Source: an uncultured Clostridia bacterium
GTDB lineage: Bacteria > Bacillota > Clostridia > Christensenellales > CAG-917
Length of the DNA stretch: 64,000 bases
Assembly (NCBI GenBank): GCA_947625225.1
Contig: CANQNQ010000001.1
Span: 225,900 to 289,899 of the forward strand
Reading direction: 5' to 3'
Shown here: positions 1-7,293 of the stretch, one piece after another
Numbering within the stretch: position 1 is the stretch's first letter
How the letters are laid out: the number at the start of each line of letters is the position of its first letter
Program-made: the position numbers and the translations under genes
Notes under the pieces: generated by a model
What the model was told of the DNA's origin: nothing
Seen by the model: only the letters and a program-made list of their open reading frames with translations
Databases searched by the model: none

Positions 1-3000
1 GACTTGTACGACCACTACGGCATCTCCCTGTTCAAGGAGATGAGCGATCTGGACCTGTCCCAAAAGGAGTTTTACACCATCGCTCTTATGGACATCGTGG
101 ATGACTGGTCTCTGCTGACCAATTCCATAACGCTGGACGACGTCGGCACGATAGCGAAGGTGGACTTCACAAAGTACGATCTGCCCATTCTTGAGGACAA
201 TCTGCAAAACAACATCAACTCCGCGCTGGACAACATCCTCAACTCGCTCAACGACGACCTGTCCATCCGCGCCATAAAGGACAAGTTCGGCATAGACCTG
301 GGCGCTGCGGACAACGCCATGCTTAGCCAACTGCAGGACCTGAGGCTCAGCCAGTTCGGCAGCGTGATCGACGTGCTGACAGTCGACACCCTGCTCGCCG
401 CCGACGCGGACACCTTCGTCCCCGAAGGCACCCACGCCGTGTATCACAAGGCGGACAGATATGAGGAAGTCCCCGCGGCGCAGCTTTCCTCCACAACGGC
501 GACAGTCGGCGCAGAAACCTATATCGCGGGCGGCATAGACGCCGACGAGGACGGCAAATTTGACAAAGCGGATGTAAGAGAATTGCGCTACATCCTCAAG
601 GACGGCGAGTACGTCGTGGACAACACCTGCTACAACGAGGAGCACGCGGACGTCACCTACTACCGTCACCTGCTCTACGAAAAGGCGACCGCGGCGGGCG
701 CTGAAAACTACATCGTTGCCTACGCCAACCGCATCGCCACCATCGAGGGTCAATCCTTCACGCTGGTGGAAAAGGGCTTTGTGAGCATAGACAATCTCTA
801 CAACCGCACAAACGCGGGCTCAACGCGCACTCGCGTCGTCGATACGATGAAGAACGGCTCCGTCGTGATCGGCAGCGGCATGATCGAAGAGCGCATTGAG
901 GGCGACTCCTACAACGATTGCGGCTACTTCACGATGAAGACCGAGGATATGGACAAAGACAGCATGCTGTCCGCAATTGAGGGCAGGCGCGAGGACGTCG
1001 CCGCGGGCACGACCGTGTACCGCAGGATACACACCGGCACCGCCAATCCGGTGCTGCAAATGATAAACTACTTCACCATCGGCGAGTTGCAGGACGCGGA
1101 CGACGTCATCAAAAACGCCAAGATCGGCGACATCATCGATGTGGACGCGCCCGACGCCTCCAAGGTCCTCAAGGCGCTGAGAAACAGCACGCTGGACACC
1201 ATCGGCAGCGATATCAACTACGTCATCCTCGACGATATGATGAACATCGTCAAATACGAATACGATCTTGATCCCAACGGCATGTACGTCAAAATAATTG
1301 ACGGCGAATCATTCTACTACACTCTCTACAACCCCGCCCTTCATGACGCGCTGAGTTACGAGAGATACACCAGAAAGCCCGACGTTGAGGGCGTGAAGTA
1401 CTCCTCCAAGGTGTTGCAACGCTTTGCGGGCGAAACTCTGGACTCGCTGTCCACCGCGTTTGACGACCTGCTGCTGTCCGACGTGCTGGATATAATGCCC
1501 GACACGTACAAGGCGGCGGATCCCGAACTGCTCGATAAGTTCAAGTCCACCGAGACGACCGATCCCGAAGTCATAGCGGCGCAGAAGCAGAGGATTTACT
1601 ACTTCGATACCGAAACCATGCTGTACAGAGTGGTCACGCCCGAAGACATGCGCAAATTGGACGCGTCTCCCGAACCGCCCGAATACCTCGTTATCGACAA
1701 ACAGAGCGAGGACGTCGCCGTGCTCAAGAAGCTGGCGTTCGTAAAGGTCAACGAACTCGCCACCGCAATGGACACCGTTATGGAAGAGCTGTTCATTGAC
1801 GAGCTGATCGATATTGTCAAGTATTATCAAGTGGAAAAAGGCGAGGGCGAAGTTGAGCAATACCTCGTTGAATGGGACAACAAGACCGTGATAGACAAGG
1901 GCGGCAACACCGTCGAAAGAGCAGGCGGCGGCGATCCCGTGTTGAGCGACGACACTCCCATTGTCTACGTGTTGAATGCCGGCATCAGCGGTCCGTTTAT
2001 CCATAGAGATTATAAGTATGTGGAGCTTGACAACAGCGAAACGGCAGGTTCTCAGTTTGGCGTATCGGCAACACCCTTCTACTATGAATATAAGCCCGCC
2101 AACACCAAAGAGTTGGTAAACGAGAAGTTCTTGACAGGCAATTTGTTCTACAAAAACGACGCGGGCAAATATATCTACAATCAGCAGCTTATCGGTTTCT
2201 TATGTTTCCAGGCAAACAAGGCCGGCGGAAACGAAGAGTTGCTCAACAAGCTGTATTACTGCGAGGAATCGGAAGGCTCCACAGACAACGTTGGATACAA
2301 ATATGAGTGCACCGAGGAAAAGAAGCTGTATGTGGATCTGCTTGGCACGGCAACCGAGTATAACAAGGACAACCTTATGCATTGGTTCTTGAACAAATAC
2401 TACAAGCAGGACGGCAGCTACTTTGTGGACAAAAACGATTCCATGTATGCGTTTGATCCCGAAGAAGATCTGACATATGCACAGAAGTTCTGCGAAGATA
2501 TTTATGTCAAGGCTGAAGACGGCGAGTATGTGTATGTCAATGGCGCTTATATCGCTTATGACGCGTCCGCGCACGAGGGCCTCGACCGCTACAACAAAGT
2601 GATCGGCTATATAGCGGAAAAAAATGAAGTAAATTATACCAACAAGGATTCGTCCGGATCTCAACCGATGAAGTACGGCACATTCTACAGAGTGAATGTT
2701 ACCCAAACCAAGAGCTCGCTGGTGCTGCAGTACCTTGCAGATTCGACGGTAAACACCATGAGCGACTCCATTGACAAAGCAACGCTCAGCGATATAATCG
2801 ACATCACGCCCGATTCCATATTCAACAACGAAAGCCTGCGCAATGCAAAGTTGACGGAGATTGCAGAAAAGATGGAAAATACCTTCACCTCCATGACGTT
2901 GGGGCAGTTGTTCACCGTTGCAAACATCACCGATGTTGCTCCTGAGGTGCGCGACGCATTGGTCGATATGACTATCCCCCAATTCTTCTCCTGCCTGAAG

Positions 3001-3072
3001 TATGATTCTGGAATGGGTATCTATGTGGATATCCTCTCCTACCTTGACGCGGCGCCCGTTGAAACTCCGTAA
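1..3072 (+). CDS. C-terminal part (1023 codons) of a large acidic D/E/Y/N-rich protein; 5' end lies outside the window; function unknown
   Basis: Frame 1 is open from base 1 (GAC TTG TAC GAC) to TAA at 3070-3072, so the TTG at 4 is probably internal. No family motif recognised. A short motif recurs: SVIDVLTVD, IGDIIDVD, LSDVLDIMPD, LIDIVKYY, LSDIIDITPD. Confidence 0.6.
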   Translation, partial: DLYDHYGISLFKEMSDLDLSQKEFYTIALMDIVDDWSLLTNSITLDDVGTIAKVDFTKYDLPILEDNLQNNINSALDNILNSLNDDLSIRAIKDKFGIDLGAADNAMLSQLQDLRLSQFGSVIDVLTVDTLLAADADTFVPEGTHAVYHKADRYEEVPAAQLSSTTATVGAETYIAGGIDADEDGKFDKADVRELRYILKDGEYVVDNTCYNEEHADVTYYRHLLYEKATAAGAENYIVAYANRIATIEGQSFTLVEKGFVSIDNLYNRTNAGSTRTRVVDTMKNGSVVIGSGMIEERIEGDSYNDCGYFTMKTEDMDKDSMLSAIEGRREDVAAGTTVYRRIHTGTANPVLQMINYFTIGELQDADDVIKNAKIGDIIDVDAPDASKVLKALRNSTLDTIGSDINYVILDDMMNIVKYEYDLDPNGMYVKIIDGESFYYTLYNPALHDALSYERYTRKPDVEGVKYSSKVLQRFAGETLDSLSTAFDDLLLSDVLDIMPDTYKAADPELLDKFKSTETTDPEVIAAQKQRIYYFDTETMLYRVVTPEDMRKLDASPEPPEYLVIDKQSEDVAVLKKLAFVKVNELATAMDTVMEELFIDELIDIVKYYQVEKGEGEVEQYLVEWDNKTVIDKGGNTVERAGGGDPVLSDDTPIVYVLNAGISGPFIHRDYKYVELDNSETAGSQFGVSATPFYYEYKPANTKELVNEKFLTGNLFYKNDAGKYIYNQQLIGFLCFQANKAGGNEELLNKLYYCEESEGSTDNVGYKYECTEEKKLYVDLLGTATEYNKDNLMHWFLNKYYKQDGSYFVDKNDSMYAFDPEEDLTYAQKFCEDIYVKAEDGEYVYVNGAYIAYDASAHEGLDRYNKVIGYIAEKNEVNYTNKDSSGSQPMKYGTFYRVNVTQTKSSLVLQYLADSTVNTMSDSIDKATLSDIIDITPDSIFNNESLRNAKLTEIAEKMENTFTSMTLGQLFTVANITDVAPEVRDALVDMTIPQFFSCLKYDSGMGIYVDILSYLDAAPVETP

Positions 3073-3274
3073 CGAGCAAACAAACTTAAATCCAAAAACA
3101 GCGGCGTTTGCCGCTGTTTTTGTATGCTCCGCTCTCTGCTGGACAAACGCGGGCGGCAATGATATAATAAGCTTACAACACAGCTGTTTTGCGGTGGCGC
3201 TGCGCTCACACATTTCGCAAACTTGCCAAATCGCGCGCTTGAAGAGCGCATACCGCGCATATAAAGGTGCTTTT

Positions 3275-5785
3275 ATGGAAAAATTCACCCCAAATCACAT
3301 CGAGATCCGCGGCGGCAGAGTCCACAACCTCAAGGGCATTGACGTGGACGTCCCGCTCAACAAAATCGTGGGCATTGCGGGCGTGTCCGGCAGCGGCAAA
3401 TCCTCGCTGGCGCTGGGCATTCTGTATGCGGAAGGCTCCCGCCGTTACCTCGAATCGCTGTCTACCTACACGCGTAGGCGCATGACGCAAGCCGAAAAGG
3501 CGCAGGTGGACGAGGTGCTGTACGTGCCCGCCGCGCTGGCACTGCGCCAACGTCCGTCCGTACCCGGCATACGCAGCACGTTCGGCACGGGCACGGAGCT
3601 GCTGAACAGTCTGCGCCTGATGTTCTCTCGCCTCGCCTCCCACCGCTGCCCCAACGGGCACTACGTCCCGCCCTCTCTCAATGTCGCCGCGGGGCTGGAG
3701 CTGGAGTGTCCCGAATGCGGCGAACTCTTCTTCGCTCCCGGCGCGGAGGAGCTGGCGTTCAACAGCCAAGGCGCGTGCAAACGCTGCGACGGCACGGGCA
3801 TAGTGCGCATTGTGGACGAATCCACGCTGGTGCCCGACGAATCCCTGTCCATAGACGAGGGCGCCGTGGCGCCGTGGCAGACGTTGATGTGGTCCCTGAT
3901 GAAGGACATCGCCCGCGCAATGGGCGTGCGCACGGACGTCCCCTTCAAAGACCTGACCCCCGAGGAGCGCGACATCGTGTTCCACGGGCCCGCGGTAAAG
4001 AAAAACATTATCTACCAAAACAAGACCAGCGGCGCGATGGGCGACATGGATTTCACCTACTTCAACGCCACCTACACCGTGGAAAACGCGCTGTCCAAAG
4101 TGAAGGATGAAAAGGGAATGAAGCGCGTGGAGAAGTTTTTGAGGCAGGACGTCTGCCCCGACTGCGGCGGCACAAGACTGTCCGAGGCGGCGCGCGCTCC
4201 GAGGTTGCGCGGCATATCCTTGGCGGATGTCTGCACAATGACACTGTCCGACCTGATAGATTGGGTACATGGCGTTCCAGCTTCCCTGCCCGCCGAAATG
4301 AGGCCTATGGCGGAAAGCATTTGCGCGTCCTTCGATACCGCCGCAAAGCGACTGATGGATCTGGGCTTGAGCTACCTCACGCTCGATCGCGCGGCGTCCA
4401 CTCTGTCCACAGGCGAGAGACAGCGCATGCAGCTGGCGCGCGCCGTGCGCAACCGCACAACGGGAGTGCTGTACGTGTTGGACGAACCATCCATCGGCCT
4501 GCACCCCTCCAACCTCGAAGGGCTTACGGGCGTCATGCACGACCTCATCGCGGACGGCAACTCCATAGTGCTTGTGGACCACGATATAAACGTGCTTAAA
4601 GAGGCGGATTGGCTTATAGAGCTTGGCCCCGACGCGGGCGCGGGCGGTGGCGAAATAATAGCGCAAGGCACGCTTGAGGACATCAAAAACAGCAAAATCT
4701 CCCGCATCGGCGGGTTTTTGAGCGGCAAACAAAAGGTGGTCTCGGAGGGCAAAGTTCCGCAGGACGAATTGTTTTCGCTTGGCACAATAGAGCTTTCTAC
4801 CAATCAAATACACACTGTAAAACCCTTGTTTGTGCAATTTCCCAAAGGCAGGCTGACCGCGGTGACGGGCGTCTCCGGCAGCGGCAAAACCACCTCCGTG
4901 CTTGAAAGCCTCATCCCCGCGCTGGAAGCAAAGATAAAAGGGACGGCTATGCCCGCGCATATTGTCGACGTGCGCGCGGACGGCATATCCCAAATCAAAT
5001 TGATAGACTCCGCGCCGATTGGCATCAATGTGCGCTCCACCGTGGCGACCTACGCGGACGTGCACGACGAACTGAGAAAAGTGTACGCCAAGACCTCCGA
5101 CGCAAAGGCGCGCGGATATAAGGACGGCGACTTTTCCTACAACACGGGCAAACTGCGCTGCCCCACCTGCGACGGCACGGGCACCATAAGCCTGGACGTG
5201 CAATTTTTGCCCGATGTCGAGATAACTTGCCCCGACTGCGGCGGCAGCAGATACTCCAAAGAGGCAAGCCTTGTGCGCCGTCCTCATAAACACGGCGAGG
5301 GCGCGCATACCCTGCCCGAACTTATGGATATGAGCATTGACGAGGCGCTCGCGGCGTGTTCGGATCTGCCAATTGTGGAAAAACGCCTGCGCGTGCTGCA
5401 CGACCTGGGGCTTGGCTACCTCACTCTTGGCGAGCAGACCCCCAGCCTGTCCGGCGGCGAGGCGCAGCGCCTGAAGCTGGCAAGCGAGATGGGCAGAGGC
5501 CAGGCGGACACCGTATTTGTGTTTGACGAGCCCACAATAGGCCTGCACCCGCTGGACGTGGACGTGCTGCTGAAAGTGTTCAGAAAACTCATCTCAAACG
5601 GCGCGACCGTGATAGTCATCGAGCACGATTTAGACGTCATCAAAAACGCGGACTACGTCGTGGATATGGGCCCCGGCGGCGGCGAAAAGGGCGGTAAAAT
5701 AGTCGCCTGCGGCACACCAGAACAGATCTGCCGCTGCCCCGAAAGCGTTACAGGCAAGTATCTGCGAGAATACATAAACTTGTAA
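3275..5785 (+). CDS. UvrA-like ABC ATPase (excinuclease ABC subunit A paralogue, short 836-aa form)
   Basis: ATG at 3275 gives MEKFTPNHIEIRGGRVHNLKGIDVDVPLNKIVGIAGVSGSGKSSLA, a UvrA-type N-terminus with Walker A. It also has a second Walker A (GVSGSGKT), two ABC signatures (LSTGERQR, LSGGEAQR) and CxxC zinc modules (CPECG, CKRCDGTG, CPDCGG, CPTCDGTG). The track start at 3002 adds a 91-aa leader that overlaps the upstream gene. Confidence 0.85.
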   Translation: MEKFTPNHIEIRGGRVHNLKGIDVDVPLNKIVGIAGVSGSGKSSLALGILYAEGSRRYLESLSTYTRRRMTQAEKAQVDEVLYVPAALALRQRPSVPGIRSTFGTGTELLNSLRLMFSRLASHRCPNGHYVPPSLNVAAGLELECPECGELFFAPGAEELAFNSQGACKRCDGTGIVRIVDESTLVPDESLSIDEGAVAPWQTLMWSLMKDIARAMGVRTDVPFKDLTPEERDIVFHGPAVKKNIIYQNKTSGAMGDMDFTYFNATYTVENALSKVKDEKGMKRVEKFLRQDVCPDCGGTRLSEAARAPRLRGISLADVCTMTLSDLIDWVHGVPASLPAEMRPMAESICASFDTAAKRLMDLGLSYLTLDRAASTLSTGERQRMQLARAVRNRTTGVLYVLDEPSIGLHPSNLEGLTGVMHDLIADGNSIVLVDHDINVLKEADWLIELGPDAGAGGGEIIAQGTLEDIKNSKISRIGGFLSGKQKVVSEGKVPQDELFSLGTIELSTNQIHTVKPLFVQFPKGRLTAVTGVSGSGKTTSVLESLIPALEAKIKGTAMPAHIVDVRADGISQIKLIDSAPIGINVRSTVATYADVHDELRKVYAKTSDAKARGYKDGDFSYNTGKLRCPTCDGTGTISLDVQFLPDVEITCPDCGGSRYSKEASLVRRPHKHGEGAHTLPELMDMSIDEALAACSDLPIVEKRLRVLHDLGLGYLTLGEQTPSLSGGEAQRLKLASEMGRGQADTVFVFDEPTIGLHPLDVDVLLKVFRKLISNGATVIVIEHDLDVIKNADYVVDMGPGGGEKGGKIVACGTPEQICRCPESVTGKYLREYINL

Positions 5786-5811
5786 CAAAAACACACTTTA
5801 TAATATTGTTT

Positions 5812-6075
5812 TTATTGGTTTAAGTTGATGTTGCGGTGTGTGGCGATAAGTTCATCCACACCTATCGCACGCCGACCGCAGGACGCCGCTGCCGCCATAC
5901 ACGTAACGTTTGTGCCGAAAAATTCTCCGCTTTCATCTACGCATATAGCGGGGAATTTGTAGTTTCCGGACTTCAAATGTTGGATATTGCGGTAGCCGTG
6001 CTCCTCCAACCATGCAAAGAGGCGTTGCGCCTCATCGTCGCTGTAGTGTACCAAAATTTGTTCTGTTTTTTTCAT
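5812..6075 (-). CDS. Hypothetical small protein (87 aa)
   Basis: Start taken at MKKTEQILVHYSDDEAQRLF because a GGAGG lies about 7 nt upstream (plus strand cctcct at 6085-6090). The track start at 6177 has no RBS. No recognisable family. Confidence 0.45.
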   Translation of the reverse strand: MKKTEQILVHYSDDEAQRLFAWLEEHGYRNIQHLKSGNYKFPAICVDESGEFFGTNVTCMAAAASCGRRAIGVDELIATHRNINLNQ

Positions 6076-6340
6076 AAAAAAATACCTCCTGTTTTTCACC
6101 ACAAGAGATAAAAAAGAGCCCATTGTCACAATGAGCTTCACATCCCGCCCATCGTTCAGCCTTTGGCACCTTGCCATTTATCCGGTAGGTTGCCGTGCGG
6201 TCATAGGGGCTGTCCCTCGCGCATCTCTTGATGGTGTGGCTTTATTATATTGACCCGCCGCCGTTTTGTCAATGGTTAAATGAAATTTTTGTGTGTACAC
6301 AATTGTATTTTTTATGCTTTGCTTTAGACAAATTCTTCCT

Positions 6341-6480
6341 GTACATCTATACGTTGCCTTCGCTCATTAACCCTATAAAATTCGCAAGCTCGTTTGATGG
6401 GGACCCCTTTTACGCCGGGGCGGGGCAACATTTCACAGGATTATTGCCTTCTCCGCCCGTTCGAGTCCCTCTCTTTTCGT
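6341..6480. repeat. Repeat unit copy 1: GTACATCTATACGTTGCCTTCGCT + 49-nt insert + GC-rich hairpin with a tRNA-T-arm-like GTTCGAGTCCCTC
   Basis: Collinear with 6797-6890. The exception is 49 nt (6365-6413) that replace the 5 nt ATCAC of copy 2. This insert contains an inverted, degenerate copy of the hairpin module seen at 32334 and 32770. Confidence 0.7.
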
Positions 6481-6497
6481 TGGTGATACAAAAACAG

Positions 6498-6712
6498 TCC
6501 GCCTGCGCCAAAGGCGCCCACCAAGCACAAAAATTAGGTAAACCATATCCACATCTTTGATGTGTGATATTGTGAACCGTTAAGATTTTTCTCGGGGTCC
6601 CCGCAAAATTATGAAATGATTTTGTGGGGTAAAATCGCGGTAGTACATCAAAAAAGCTTGTGACCTTTTCGTGCTTTTGGTAAAACAAAAGCACGTCAGG
6701 TCAACGTGCTTT
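6498..6712. repeat. Mosaic of dispersed repeat modules shared with 32627-32864
   Basis: 6498-6538 (..GCGCC..CACCAAGCACAAAAATTAGG) matches 32663-32705. 6593-6643 (CGGGGTCCCCGCAAAATT..GTGGGGTAAAATCGCGGTAG) matches 32814-32864. 6682-6712 (AAACAAAAGCACG..GTCAAC) matches 32627-32661. Confidence 0.7.
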
Positions 6713-6718
6713 TTTGAT

Positions 6719-6740
6719 GTGGCGCCTGTTGAGGGACTCG
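6719..6740 (-). repeat. 22-nt duplicate of the tRNA-Asn 3' end (att-like direct repeat)
   Basis: TGGCGCCTGTTGAGGGACTCG at 6719-6740 is identical to 6939-6960, the 3' acceptor and T-arm of the tRNA-Asn gene, in the same orientation. Confidence 0.75.
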
Positions 6741-6796
6741 CTCCGCTCGACATATAAAACTTCCTCACACATCTATACTTTAGCCACATTCGTCAT

Positions 6797-6890
6797 GTAC
6801 ATCTATACATTGCCTTCGCTATCACGCCGGGGCGGGGCAACAATTCACCGGATTGTTGCCTTTTCCGCCCGTTCGAGTCCCTCTTCGATA
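6797..6890. repeat. Repeat unit copy 2 (uninterrupted): GTACATCTATACATTGCCTTCGCT + GC-rich hairpin + GTTCGAGTCCCTC
   Basis: Aligns by eye with 6341-6480. It contains the hairpin GGCAACAAT-TCACCGG-ATTGTTGCC nested in GGGGCGGGG...CCGCCC. Confidence 0.7.
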
Positions 6891-6897
6891 GTTGGAG

Positions 6898-6939
6898 ATA
6901 CGAAACAATTCCACCCATCTGGGTGGAATTGTTTCGTAT
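6898..6939. other. Perfect 19-bp stem hairpin abutting the tRNA-Asn 3' end
   Basis: ATACGAAACAATTCCACCC-ATCT-GGGTGGAATTGTTTCGTAT. There is no U-run on either strand, so it may act in processing or termination, or be part of the repeat. Confidence 0.5.
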
Positions 6940-7014
6940 GGCGCCTGTTGAGGGACTCGAACCCCCGACACTTCGGTTAACAGCCGAATGCTCTACCGAC
7001 TGAGCTAAACAGGC
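6939..7014 (-). tRNA. tRNA-Asn (anticodon GTT), CCA encoded
   Basis: The reverse complement reads GCCTGTTTAGCTCAGTCGGTAGAGCATTCGGCTGTTAACCGAAGTGTCGGGGGTTCGAGTCCCTCAACAGGCGCCA. It shows a cloverleaf, a CT-GTT-AA anticodon loop and a GGTTCGAGTCC T-loop. Confidence 0.92.
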
Positions 7015-7079
7015 AAATTTGTTTTGCTTGTATATAATAATATTATTCATTCCTTTTGTCAAGTACATTTGACCAAACA

Positions 7080-7270
7080 GGAAAATTGTTTTTATTCTCT
7101 CTTTATTTATCAATATTTTTTGTTTTTCTTCTCTAATTTTATTTGTCTTTTTTTACCCTTTGTTTTTTTTTCTTCTCCTCCATACTTAAATTTTTTCTCT
7201 TTCATTTTTATTTTTTACTTTTTTTTTATCGTTTCTTGTATTTATTTTTACCCTCTATCCACTACTACCC
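7080..7270 (+). repeat. Roughly 190-bp polypyrimidine (T/C) tract on the plus strand
   Basis: Almost no G between about 7080 and 7270, with several T7-T10 runs. It lies between the tRNA-Asn 5' side and the metal exporter gene. Confidence 0.8.
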
Positions 7271-7293
7271 GCTTGACAATTTGTTAAAGTGAG

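Noticed and set aside
3002-3274. N-terminal extensions suggested by the ORF track (3002 for the UvrA-like gene, 16571 for the nucleosidase, 17408 for AbrB-like, 17619 and 18215 for the ABC genes, 50944 for spo0A, 54166, 58621, 30510)
   Set aside because: Internal ATGs preceded by SD-like sequences give N-termini that match the family consensus. The extensions overlap upstream genes or translate to implausible basic or low-complexity peptides.
3206-5548. 780-aa minus-strand ORF antisense to the UvrA-like gene. Similar long antisense ORFs: 8648-9778, 12786-13847, 23729-24652, 24923-25798, 25920-27413, 30525-32192, 37413-38921, 42144-44489, 44901-47189, 47214-49955, 51816-53489.
   Set aside because: Each lies fully inside a plus-strand gene with clear family motifs. 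Their translations are R/A/G/V/H-rich low-complexity with no motifs or RBS. They are typical shadow ORFs of GC-rich coding DNA.
6414-6890. GC-rich elements with GTTCGAGTCCCTC considered as tRNA or tmRNA genes
   Set aside because: Only the T-loop-like 13-mer resembles a tRNA. The flanking bases cannot form T or acceptor stems, and the hairpin loop (TCACCGG) lacks U33 and a purine at 37. I treat them as tRNA-derived or repeat fragments.
6228-6980. ORFs 6228-6560, 6410-6694, 6580-6789, 6714-6980 and 6793-7113 across the repeat and tRNA region
   Set aside because: They run through repeat modules, the tRNA-Asn gene and hairpins. They have no RBS and are not conserved between the paralogous repeat copies.
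7024-7287. 87-aa ORF (F/L/S/Y-rich) in the polypyrimidine tract
   Set aside because: It is an artefact of translating a T/C homopolymer-rich tract, with no RBS.
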